A DNA stretch of 64,000 nt from Podarcis pityusensis (taxonomy: Eukaryota). The stretch lies in the NCBI GenBank assembly GCA_964106645.2, contig OZ067040.1. One strand, written 5' to 3'. A program made the position numbers and the translations under genes. Below, piece after piece: positions 23,997-34,325 of this stretch (positions are counted from its first letter, which is position 1; the number at the start of each line of letters is the position of its first letter). Under the pieces are notes generated by a model that worked only from the letters and a program-made list of their open reading frames with translations, made no database searches and was not told the DNA's origin.

Positions 23997-26900
23997 ATGA
24001 CGCTGAAGGCTAATGCCAGAGTCATGATGGCCCTTCAGGATGCTTGTGGGATTCCTAAGCTCAACAAGAAAAATTACGCCGACTGGGTTCTGTATGCAGA
24101 GGCAATTCTGCGGAAAGAGGGTTTGTTTGAGGTGATTACAGAAACCCCCCCAGCTCCAGTTACAGATGCATGGGAAGCTAAGGATTCCAAAGCAAGGGGA
24201 ACTCTTACATTGATAGTATCCCCAGAAGAGCTCTGTCTATTGCGTGATAAGACCTCAGCCAGAGAAATTTGGGACGCTTTGAGAGAAGCTCACTTAAGGA
24301 CAGAAGCTGGATCCACTATGTTTTACTTTAACAAGCTGCATAATATGGCTCTTGCTGAAGGTGGAGATGTGCGTTTACATCTGATGGAGATGCAAAATCT
24401 GAGACATGAGCTGCAACAGAGAGGACTCAACTTTCCAGAGGCTGTGTATTCTTTCATGATACTACAATCTTTGAGTTCAGGTTGGGAGTCTGTTGCAACC
24501 CAGATTGCTGTGCAGCCAACCGCTCAGCTGACAGTGGACTTTGTTACTGCCGTGATTTTAAATGAAGCAGATCGCCGGGGTGCTAGCTGCATGGGCAAGG
24601 GGGAGTCTTCACAGACGTCATCCCATAGTGCAGTGGAACCACCAGATGGCACCAAAGCTTTGAAGGCAGTGAAATGCTACTCGTGTGGACGTCTAGGCCA
24701 TATGAAGAGGGAATGCAGATATCCCAGGGCCAAGACAGAGCAGCGCAGCGAAAGCTCATCGCGCGGAAAAGGCCGAGGCAAAGGCAAAGGCAAAGGTCCG
24801 GTGTCTAGGACAACGCAGCACAAGGCTATGGTTTCACGCTTCACTCCAAAGGTTGCAGAGGTCCAGAAGACGTCTAGATCTTTCTTCGTTGTTGATTCAG
24901 CGGCAACCCACCACATGTGCAATGATAAGAGACTGTTTGTGTCTTTTACACCGCAGGAAGGTGCGATTCACCAGGCGGATGACCACACTATTCCCAGTAA
25001 AGGCTACGGAACTGTTGTTCTTCACAGTTTGGACTTATCGATACAGAATGTGCTTTACGTGCCAGACGCCAAACATAATCTGCTCAGCGTTGGACAGCTG
25101 AATGAGCGGAACATTGACGTTTCCTTCAAGAACAGGAAGTGCATCATCACAAAGAAAAATGATTATGTATTGCATGCTGAATATGTTGATCGTTTGTTTG
25201 TTTTGTATTATGATGATGTTGAAAAGGATGACACTTGTTGCATTGCAGGTTCTAACAAAAGTTTGCATGCAGAATGTATTCACGATTTTCATAGAAAATT
25301 TGGTCATTTGCATTTTGAGGCAGTATCTAAAATGCCTGCCTTGGTTGAAGGTATGACTATTAAACCCTGCAGGTACCACATGAAGTGCAAAGCATGCGCA
25401 GCAAACAAGGTGAAAATGGCTGCGAAAGGTAAGGTGTCTAGTAGGCAACCTACAGAACCATACCAGGTTGTTCATGCTGATTTAGTTGGACCACTAGCGC
25501 CCTCTTTGGGTGGAAATAGGTACTTCATGGTTCTCATTGATGCATTTTCTAGATATATTTTTGTGTACAATCTCAAGCAGAAATCAGAGGCTTTTCCTAG
25601 GTTCAAGGAATTCTGTGCTTGGTTGGAAAATGTGCACGGTAAGAAGATAAAGACTCTTTTCACTGATCGCGGGGGGGAATTCACTTCTCAGCAGTTTGAA
25701 GCTTTTCTGACTGAGAAAGGAATTCAACACGATTTGTCTAGTCCTCGCTCGCCATGGCAGAATGGACTTGCGGAACGGGCAAATCAGACATTGCTTCAAG
25801 GGTTAAAAACCTTGCTGCATGATGCCAATCTTCCAGAGAGTTATTGGGCCGAATCTCTCTCGTGTTTTGTTTACAGTTACAATCGCAGGTTATCTTCAGC
25901 GATTGGTTGTACCCCCTATGAGAAGATGTTTGGCAAGAAGCCATACATCAAACACATGAAGATTTTTGGTTCTGACATGTGGGTTCGCTCACCACAAAAC
26001 TCCAAGTTAGACAAGCGTGGATTGCATGGTATCTTTCTAGGTTATCAGAAAGGGTCTTACAGAATAATGATGACTGACTCTAAGACAATTAAGCTCACGA
26101 GAAGTGTTGAGTACAATGCAAAGTGGGGGGAGAATGTGGGAATTTTCCAATGTTATCCTGATGACGGTGATGAGACTGAGGATAGTCAAAAGCAACCACA
26201 ACAACCCACACCCACTGATGAAGGTTCTGAGTCTGAATCTGAAACTGAATCGGGTGATTCAGAGGATTTCAAGAGTGCGAAAGCCTCTATGCGACCCTCT
26301 GAAAGCTCTGATCAAGAATTGGAGGAACCATTGTTCACAATAGGTCGTTTTTCTCCTAAGAAGGAAGAGGAGAGTGTTGAAGACTTAAGGCTAATTCGTA
26401 GGTCACAGAGAGCCACAAAAGGCAGACCTCCAAAGAGATTTGCTGATGAGTTTGCTACGATAGCAGTAACAGCTGTTAAAAGCTCCAAGAAGGTATTTGA
26501 ACCTTCAAGTTTCCAAGACATCCAGGGTTTGGATTCAAAGGAAGCTGAGCCATGGTTAAATGCCATGAAGGCTGAGCTTGATTCCTTAGAAAGGAACAAC
26601 ACATGGGAGCTAGTTCCAGTAGTTCCAGGAATGAAACTGCTTGGAAGCAAATGGGTCTTCAAAGCGAAGACAGATCAAAATGGCAAGATAGTCAGACACA
26701 AAGCCAGATTGGTAGCCAGAGGTTTTGCACAGGTACCAGGTGAAGACTATCACGAGACCTATTCACCCACAGTGAGATATGAAAGCATTAGGCTTATGCT
26801 CAAGCTAGCTGCAGAGGAAAATCTACACATTAGTCACCATGATATTAATACAGCTTTTCTGTACGGATCTCTAGATGAATCACTTTATATGCTTCCACCT

Positions 26901-28031
26901 GATGGCGTACAGGTAAAACAGGGATTTGTTTGTGCTCTGAAGAAATCCCTTTATGGTCTCAAACAAAGTGCACGGTGTTGGCACACAAAACTCACTGAAG
27001 TATTGTTTTCTCTAGGTTTTCAGCAAGGAAAAGCTGATCCATGTGTATTTGTCAAAGAGGAGGGGCAAAAGAAACTGTACTGTTTGTTTTATGTTGATGA
27101 TTTATTATTCTTTTGGAAAGATGTCGCAATGTACAATAACGCCCTAGCTCAACTGAAAGAGCACTTTGACATGAAAGATCTTGGTGAGGTAAACAACTAC
27201 CTATCTCTGGAAATAGAGAGAGGTCAAGATGGTAACATTCTAGTACACCAGTCACGGAAAATTGCTGATGTGTTAAGCAAACTAAATCTGATGGATGCTA
27301 ACCCTGTAGACACACCGATGACAACGGGTTATCAGGTAGATGACACTGAAGAAGCATTTTCTGACACTACACTGTACAGAAGTGTGCTAGGCAAGCTAAA
27401 CTTCATTGCCAGATGTTCAAGACCAGACATTGCTGTTAGCTGTAATTTGCTAAGCAGACAAGTCAACAATCCTAGTGTCAAGGATTGGAAAGCTCTGAAA
27501 CGCATAGCGCGGTATTTGAAAGGCACTATGCATTACAGACTGAGATTTAACAATCAGAAGTCTGGTGGTCTTGAGATATTTGCAGATGCAAGTTTTGGAA
27601 GTGACACTACAGACAGGAAAAGTACGTCTGGAGTTTGCTACATGTACAATCAAGGTCTGTTTGATTGGTCATGCAAGAAGCAAACAACAGTTAGCTTAAG
27701 TACTTGTGAAGCCGAACTGAATGCACTGTCTTATTCACTTAAGGATTGTGAATGGTTAATACAATTGTGCAAAGATATGAAAATTCCTGTCAAATGTCCA
27801 ATCCAGGTTTACCAGGACAACAAAGCATGTTTGGCTTTGCTGAAGTCTGAAGGTTGTAAGCAAAGCACAAAGCACTTGCAATTAAAGTTGCAGCATGCTA
27901 GGGAATGTATTCAGAAGGGACTCGTAACGGTGTCCTATATGCCAGGTAATGAAATTCCTGCTGATGTATTGTCCAAGATTGTATCAAGGGATCAACACTG
28001 TACTTATGTGCAGAAGTTGGGTTTGTACTGA
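23997..28031 (+). CDS. Copia Gag-Pol polyprotein (1344 aa)
   Basis: Zinc knuckle CYSCGRLGHMKREC (24675-24716); protease VDSAATHHM (D at 24894); integrase HHCC (HRKFGH...CKAC) and D-D35-E (HADLVGP 25479, TDRGGEF 25665, NGLAERAN 25773); RT with KARLVARGF, HDINTAFL and YVDD (27090-27101); RNase H ADASF...EAE...QDN...AD. No stops or frameshifts. Confidence 0.98.
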   Translation: MTLKANARVMMALQDACGIPKLNKKNYADWVLYAEAILRKEGLFEVITETPPAPVTDAWEAKDSKARGTLTLIVSPEELCLLRDKTSAREIWDALREAHLRTEAGSTMFYFNKLHNMALAEGGDVRLHLMEMQNLRHELQQRGLNFPEAVYSFMILQSLSSGWESVATQIAVQPTAQLTVDFVTAVILNEADRRGASCMGKGESSQTSSHSAVEPPDGTKALKAVKCYSCGRLGHMKRECRYPRAKTEQRSESSSRGKGRGKGKGKGPVSRTTQHKAMVSRFTPKVAEVQKTSRSFFVVDSAATHHMCNDKRLFVSFTPQEGAIHQADDHTIPSKGYGTVVLHSLDLSIQNVLYVPDAKHNLLSVGQLNERNIDVSFKNRKCIITKKNDYVLHAEYVDRLFVLYYDDVEKDDTCCIAGSNKSLHAECIHDFHRKFGHLHFEAVSKMPALVEGMTIKPCRYHMKCKACAANKVKMAAKGKVSSRQPTEPYQVVHADLVGPLAPSLGGNRYFMVLIDAFSRYIFVYNLKQKSEAFPRFKEFCAWLENVHGKKIKTLFTDRGGEFTSQQFEAFLTEKGIQHDLSSPRSPWQNGLAERANQTLLQGLKTLLHDANLPESYWAESLSCFVYSYNRRLSSAIGCTPYEKMFGKKPYIKHMKIFGSDMWVRSPQNSKLDKRGLHGIFLGYQKGSYRIMMTDSKTIKLTRSVEYNAKWGENVGIFQCYPDDGDETEDSQKQPQQPTPTDEGSESESETESGDSEDFKSAKASMRPSESSDQELEEPLFTIGRFSPKKEEESVEDLRLIRRSQRATKGRPPKRFADEFATIAVTAVKSSKKVFEPSSFQDIQGLDSKEAEPWLNAMKAELDSLERNNTWELVPVVPGMKLLGSKWVFKAKTDQNGKIVRHKARLVARGFAQVPGEDYHETYSPTVRYESIRLMLKLAAEENLHISHHDINTAFLYGSLDESLYMLPPDGVQVKQGFVCALKKSLYGLKQSARCWHTKLTEVLFSLGFQQGKADPCVFVKEEGQKKLYCLFYVDDLLFFWKDVAMYNNALAQLKEHFDMKDLGEVNNYLSLEIERGQDGNILVHQSRKIADVLSKLNLMDANPVDTPMTTGYQVDDTEEAFSDTTLYRSVLGKLNFIARCSRPDIAVSCNLLSRQVNNPSVKDWKALKRIARYLKGTMHYRLRFNNQKSGGLEIFADASFGSDTTDRKSTSGVCYMYNQGLFDWSCKKQTTVSLSTCEAELNALSYSLKDCEWLIQLCKDMKIPVKCPIQVYQDNKACLALLKSEGCKQSTKHLQLKLQHARECIQKGLVTVSYMPGNEIPADVLSKIVSRDQHCTYVQKLGLY

Positions 28032-28064
28032 TATTGTACAAACACGCTGCCCAGTGATGTTCAC

Positions 28065-28078
28065 AGAAAGGGGGAGGA
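28065..28078 (+). other. Polypurine tract
   Basis: AGAAAGGGGGAGGA immediately before the TG of the 3' LTR. Confidence 0.92.
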
Positions 28079-28408
28079 TGTTGGTTTCTGCTTTCCTTCA
28101 CTGTGCAGCGAAAGGGCTTGTCACGAGACAGGTGTTTACATTCCACAGTCTGTACTGTTGGAGTTTCTCACGGGAAAGGGAGGCTGGATGTGACGTACAC
28201 TGGTTTCCTGTTTTTCACTGTACTTTGCAGTTTCACTTTGTGATTCTCTCCGAGCTGTCGAGGAGAGAGGATGCATTTTTCTGCTCCGGCAGAGGCAAGA
28301 TGTCTTTCTGTAATATACCAGCTTTGAACTGTAAATAAAGCAATATAGAGTATGCAGCACGTACTCCTCATCCTTCCGCTGGGCACGAGACTCTGCTTTA
28401 AATCAACA
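28079..28408 (+). repeat. 3' LTR of Copia element (330 bp)
   Basis: No difference from the 5' LTR found by eye. The ORF track gives identical peptides for both copies (23411..23635 vs 28136..28360; 23443..23661 vs 28168..28386). Confidence 0.97.
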
Positions 28409-29186
28409 CGTTTAACTACGTCATCTATGGTTGTTGTCTCTGGGAATTTCTGGAGTGAGCAAGTAAGCTCACCATTTGACTGTCAGATGTAGAACATGAA
28501 TAGTCCTCCAGTGATAATCCAACAATGATATTTGACGTGCCGACTGAATAGACGGTTGTGAGGTACAGTTTTGAGAAGGAAAGTGGTTTTTGTTCTTTTT
28601 ATAAAGAAGGGGCTGAATCATGTTTATTTTCCTTTCGAGAATAAATTATAAATGCCACACAGATCAGCCTGTCTGAAAAGGCTGAATTAATTAGCCTGTC
28701 ACCTGAGAGAGTTATCGTCCTTTCTGCCAAGGATGGAGTGTTTTCAAAGAGCACTACAGAGATCCCATGTGGTACTTGACCTTTCCAGAGATGTGGTAGA
28801 CAGATCAACGGGTGAGTGACTGCAACAAGCTGAAATGGCATAGCTGGGAAGAAGGAGAAGAGGTAGAAAAAAGTTGTGAGAGCAATTGAGAACATAATTT
28901 TCATAAACCTTAAAGAACTACTTCGGTTTGTAAGGTGAAGGATGGAACTAGTGATCCACGTAGGTGGCCTTGTTTCATGAGTACAGGTAAAACTTGTAAA
29001 GCTGGTGTTTCCCAAACTTTGGATAGGAAAAAAAAACACATGAATTAAAATGGGAATTATGCTTCATTCTTACACCCCCCCAAATGTTTACAGCAGCCTT
29101 CTTCAACCTGGTGTCACCCAGATGTGCTGACTATCACTCCCATCATCCTTGACCTTGACAGAGGAGGCAAGTGGAGTTTAAATATA

Positions 29187-29431
29187 CAGTGGTACCTCTG
29201 GTTACGTACTTAATTTGTTCCAGAGGTCTGTTCTTAACCTGAAACTGTTCTTAACCTGAAGCACCACTTTAGCTAATGGGGCCTCCTCCTGCTGCTGCTG
29301 CGCCGCCGGAGCACGATTTCTGTTCTCATCCTGAAGCAAAGTTTTTAACCTGAGGTAATATTTCTGGGTTAGCGGAGTCTGTAACCTGAAGCGTATGTAA
29401 CCTGAAGCGTATGTAACCTGAGGTATCACTG
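29187..29431. mobile_element. Tigger/pogo-like MITE, family A
   Basis: TA|CAGTGGTACCTC...GAGGTATCACTG|TA. Interior shared with copies at 30485, 43320, 52790 and 61281. Confidence 0.88.
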
Positions 29432-30484
29432 TATCTGGACGGCACCTGGTTAGGAAAAGCTGTTTGAGAGAAATGCAGCAATTGCCAGAGGCCCTGCTCC
29501 AGGTCCAACTGCCAAATGAAGCACAGTGGATGGCTGCCAGGAGCAGGGCCTTTTCACTGGTGGCAATGACTTTATGAAACATCCTCTGCAGAGAGATTTG
29601 GAGGCCTTCAACATTGCCTTCTGTCAGGTGCCAAGCCAAATGTTACTGTAAAAAAAACCCCAAACCACCCTTAGGCAAGCCTGGTTTGATAATGCCGCTA
29701 CTTATTGTTGACTCTCATTGTGATGGTGTGTGTCAGGGATGGTATATTGCCATAGCTGCATCCTGCACTTAAGATCCTTCATTGAGTAGGATGTTGGACT
29801 GCGTGATCTTCAAGGTCCTGACAACTCTTACATTCTCTGGGAGGAATACAACGTTCCACTATTATGAATGTTCCATCTGTGCAAGCATTTCAGCTTGTCA
29901 GATGAAACAATTGCCCTCTCCTCCCGCCCCATGGTGCTGTTCTGGGGATATCCCAAGCCAATTTGGGGAGCATAGGGAGCACACAGATGGAGGAGAGGGG
30001 AGGAAGTGCTAGTGAAGATCCTTGTACAGGCGTCCACTAGCCAGACTCATTAACAGAATCATGGGGATTCATTCATCTATTTTACCTGAAACATTGTAGA
30101 GGTTTGTGCCCTTTGTAGCGAAAGCAGGATAGTTAGTACTCTTGGAAGGTGAGCCAAGCAGCAAGACTCTGTCCCTTGTGGTATTGGAACGCCAGAAGAA
30201 TGACTACTTCTTCTTGGTCTACAGAAGTTCTAGCATAGCACTCCCCTGGCCACACTGACCATTGCTAGGATGGCATGTAGCTACTGCTACTGGTTGTTTA
30301 TCCTTCTGGATTCTGTTTCACATCCACCTGACCCATAAGATGGCATAGCTGCTCCAGTGGGGGGGGGGGGCAAGGATGATGGCAAAGTCCTTCTTGGCTT
30401 CCTTGGCTGTGGAAGCTGCTTGCTGAGATAAAAAAAATGGAACCCATATAACAGTCCTACAAAGTTACCGAGGCTTTATAAGTA

Positions 30485-30726
30485 CAGTGGTACCTCAGGT
30501 TACATACGCTTCAGGTTACATACGCTTCAGGTTACAAACTCCGCTAACCCAGAAATAGTACCTCAGGTTAAGAACTTTGCTTCAGGATGAGAACAGAAAT
30601 CATGCTCCGGCGGCACAGCAGCAGCAGGAGGCTCCATTAGCTAAAGTGGTACTTCAGGTTAAGAACAATTTCAGGTTAAGAAAGGACATCCGGAACGAAT
30701 TAAGTTCTTAACCCGAGGTACCACTG
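30485..30726. mobile_element. Tigger/pogo-like MITE, family A (inverted relative to the 29187 copy)
   Basis: TA TSD and CAGTGGTACCTC TIRs; interior is the reverse complement of the 29187 copy. Confidence 0.88.
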
Positions 30727-30856
30727 TATTTGCCCAGGTGCTGGAAGAGAAAGGTAGACCTTGTGTGGGAATGGATACAGGGAAGAGATGGGGCACTAAC
30801 AAACAGATTTACAGATCAAGGACTAGTTCACACAAGCAGGTAGATTATTTGATTTT

Positions 30857-31100
30857 TGTTATGTATTGAAGTTCTCACCCTGGCCACCAGGAGTATCATG
30901 TATATAGTTTTCACTCAGGTCCACGTCAGTTACTTTAGGTGGGAAACCCTGGGTTGTTGTTGCTACAATGTTGACAGCCGGCTGCCTATAAAAGCAGGCC
31001 GGCTGAGCTGTTTGCAGTTCAGTTCTGTTCCAGCTTACAAATAAAGAGCTGCTTTGGAGAAATCGCTGCGTCGTCTGCCATGTCTACCCACTATTTAACA
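30857..31100 (+). mobile_element. Solo LTR (244 bp)
   Basis: TGTTA...TAACA termini, perfect 5-bp TSD ATTTT, TATAAAA at 30987-30993 and AATAAA at 31040-31045. Confidence 0.88.
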
Positions 31101-31235
31101 ATTTTCTAGCACTTTTTTCTCTGCCCTTGATGACTGAGTGTGTGAACTGAGGGAAAATGTCGCACATAAATGGCCACATAATGCAACTCATGAGGAATGC
31201 ACATGTGTAAACCAGTCAAAACACTTGGATTGAAG

Positions 31236-31400
31236 CAGTGGCGTAGCGTGGGGGGTGCAGGGGGGGCGGCCGCACCGGGCGCAACATCTGGGGGGGGCGC
31301 GCTCACACTCGCAGCTCTCTGCCCCTACTAAAATCCACGGGTTAGGGGGCGCAAATTACTTGCCTTGCCCCGGGTGCTGACAACCCACGCTACGCCACTG
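31236..31400. mobile_element. hAT-type MITE (165 bp)
   Basis: 17-bp TIR CAGTGGCGTAGCGTGGG, perfect 8-bp TSD GATTGAAG, CpG-rich. Confidence 0.9.
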
Positions 31401-32022
31401 GATTGAAGCCAGGTTATAACCCCCACCTTGAGGCTACACATGGGGTGTGTAGCTATGTGTGGCAGTTCTGAACAAAGATGACATTCCCTCAGTAAAACGT
31501 CTGGAAACGACTGTGCTGAAATAAGCTATTTGTTACTAGGGTGCAAGATTTGTCGTTGCCTCTCTTTCTTCATGTAAAGACGGTGGTTTCTTTGTGACAC
31601 ATTGCAGGTGATTGCTGTGGATTTTTTATTTTTATTTTTATGAGACGGCATCAAAGGCATGAGAGCTTTCTTCATGTCCTTCACGCAGCATAGTCAAAGT
31701 GGTGTGTAAGACATAGACACACAGCATCCAATCCTTCTGGTGCCCTGCTGTCTTTTTATGGGTCTGGCTTTGGTCTGACAAAGCACTAAAAGAAACTGTT
31801 AGCAATCTGAAAAGCAAGTCCCATTCAGTACAATTGTCATTCTATAGCTACAGTATACTAAAGTGCATGTTTCTTAGCAAGACCAATAAATGAAACCTGG
31901 GATGGGACTATGTAGATGAAGGGGTGGGGCCTATGCAAATAGGACCAGGCTTCATTTTCAGTTGCTGCCTTTAAGGCCTCGGGGAGCTATGTGCCAAGTA
32001 GTAGGGCTGTAATCCAAGTCAG

Positions 32023-32501
32023 AGACATCACCTTGCCAACAAAGGTCCGTATAGTTAAAGCTATGGTTTTCCCAGTAGTAATGTATGGAAGTGAAAGCTG
32101 GACCATAAAGAAGGCTGATCGCCGAAGAATTGATGCTTTTGAATTATGGTGCTGGAGGAGACTCTTGAGAGTCCCATGGAATGCAAGAAGATCAAACCTA
32201 TCCATTCTGAAGGAAATCAGCCCTGAGTGCTCACTGGAAGGATAGATTCTGAAGCTGAGACTCCAATACTTTGGCCACCTCATGAGAAGAGAAGACTCCC
32301 TGGAAAAGACCCTGATGTTGGGAAAGATGGAGGGCACAAGGAGAAGGGGACAACAGAGGACGAGATGGTTGGACGGTGTTCTCGAGGCTACCAGCATGAG
32401 TTTGACCAAGCTGCGGGAGGCAGTTGAGGACAGGGGTGCCTGGTATGCTCTGGTCCATGGGGTCACGAAAAGTCGGACACGACTAAACGACTAACCAACA
32501 A
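32023..32501 (+). mobile_element. Bov-B (RTE) LINE 3' fragment
   Basis: Peptides RDITLPTKVRIVKAMVFPVVMYGSESWTIKKADRRRIDAFELWCWRRLLRVPW and DSLEKTLMLGKMEG are the Bov-B ORF C-terminus; 3' end GGGGTCACGAAAAGTCGGACACGACT. 13-bp TSD TAATCCA(A/G)GTCAG at 32010-32022 / 32502-32514. Confidence 0.93.
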
Positions 32502-33922
32502 TAATCCAGGTCAGTGTTCTTCAACCTTAGATTCCCAGATGCTGTTGGACTACAACCTTCTGTGTCTGTAGCAAGGTGCTATTGTGCTCGTGTCCTGCTT
32601 ACAGGCCTCTCACAGGCATTGGGTTGGCCATTGTGAAAACTGGGTGCTAGACTAGATGGATGGTTTGATCCAGAAGGGTTCCTCTATGGTGCTTAGTGGC
32701 TCACTTCAGCTCTGTGGTCTTTCAGCTAACCTTAGGCTCTTCTGCCTCACACACTTTCCTCTCATAACGCTGTGCATTTTTGTGCCAATTATAATAAAAG
32801 TCAATCCCCTCGCTTCCATTTCTTTGTCACTGGTGTACTGTGACAGAACTGAGTCGTTCAGCAACATCACTTCAAAATGGTTTTAAAATGCATTGACCAA
32901 AGCCAACCAAGTGTACAGGCTGGAACAACGAAGAAGTGCAGATAAAACCCACAGGACCCGACGTCCCAAAAAATGGCAAAGACAGTCATGCATTTTCCAT
33001 TGAATCCCTAATGAAATCAAACAGGCCGATGAAAATACTTCAAATATCATTCCCTCCCAGCTCCTCCCAAGCCCCTATAGTCTCAGATGATTGCGTTAAT
33101 CCAATTGCCAGGGAAATCCAGATCTGATTCAAGAGGGTGATTATTAGTGGCCAATGATGTGCTGGACTATGCAAAATCAAATCGTCCTGCATCAATCATC
33201 ATTTCCCTCTGCTTTCCTTGATCTGTTCTTTAACTTCTTGAAAGCATTGACGTGTGCCCTGTTAATAATGCCAAAGTCCTTTTAAGGTGCAGTAGGCGGA
33301 GAAATAACTGGGCAACAACTACCTCACTTTGGGTCACAGGTACCCCATTGTTAGGTAAGGTGATCATGAGGCCCATGGCGGGACAATTGCATGCATTCTC
33401 TGATGAAACTGGTTTTCTTCGGGACACAGGACGCTGCCTTATACTGAGCCAGATCGTTGGTCTATCTAGTTCAGTATTGTCAACATTGGCTGGCAGCAGT
33501 TCTCCAGGATTTCAGGCAGGGAACATTCTCTATTTCTTGACCCATTTCCATCCAGGTCAAGGCCTGCTTATTACCCAGGGCTTTTTTCCAGCCGGAACTC
33601 ATTTCTGGCACCTCTCAGGTAGGCAGCATTGCCATTATAAAAGAACAAGGGAGGTGTTTGTGGTGAGTTCCAGCACCTCTTTTTTCTAGAAAAATAGCAC
33701 TGATGGTATCCTTGGCAAGCTGTGTCTTGGGGGCACTACTGTATAGTCGCTCCACTCCTATATTTGAGGTCCCTTTCAGAGAATAGCATTGGATGGTAAC
33801 TTGGGAGGGGCATGGCAGTTGTATGGTGTCACATGGTTGCATACTGTCTCTGATGCTGTTTAACATTAATAATAATTGTATAATTCCCTTCATTCCAGGG
33901 TGGTTCACAACAGACAAACCCC

Positions 33923-33961
33923 AAACAAAACAAAACAAAACAAAACAAAACAAAACAAAAA
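33923..33961. repeat. (AAAAC)n microsatellite
   Basis: Directly visible. Confidence 0.9.
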
Positions 33962-34039
33962 GAAACCACAAACACATTTAAAAAACCATAGAGCAGTCAT
34001 TAAAACCCTGAGAGCAGTCATTAAGAGTTTTGAGGCTCT

Positions 34040-34325
34040 GTTTCTCTGTAACATCTGCATTCCCATATGGAACCCCAGCCAGTAATCTGGCCATTGCATT
34101 TTACACAGATGGAAGGTTCTGAGTCATCTCCATGGGTAGCCCCACAAAGAGTGCATTGCAATAGTCCAGTCCTCTCTGTCCAAAGGGGGCTGTAGTTGTC
34201 AGGTGCAGCTGGAAAAAGGCACTTGTAGCCACTGAGGCCACCTGAGCCTCCAGTGACTGTGCTGAATCCAGGAGCACCCCCAAAGCTGACCCTTCCAGGG
34301 GAGAACCACCCATCCAGCTTGGTGA
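34040..34325 (-). mobile_element. L2-like LINE ORF2 fragment
   Basis: Peptides LGVLLDS and GLDYCNALFVGLP match the RLDYCNAL motif of L2-clade ORF2. Boundaries approximate. Confidence 0.65.

Larger units (their letters stand above)
23354..28408 (+). mobile_element. Full-length Ty1/Copia LTR retrotransposon (5055 bp), apparently intact
   Basis: Paired 330-bp LTRs (TGTTG...CAACA), PBS, single polyprotein ORF in copia order PR-IN-RT-RH, PPT, and 5-bp flanks GGTTT / CGTTT. Confidence 0.98.

Noticed and set aside
27949-28338. 129-aa ORF after pol as a possible env-like or extra gene
   Set aside because: It runs mostly through the 3' LTR and has no signal peptide or fusion-protein features. Only ~47 bp separate the pol stop from the LTR.
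31987-32466. 159-aa minus-strand ORF
   Set aside because: Antisense reading of the Bov-B fragment.
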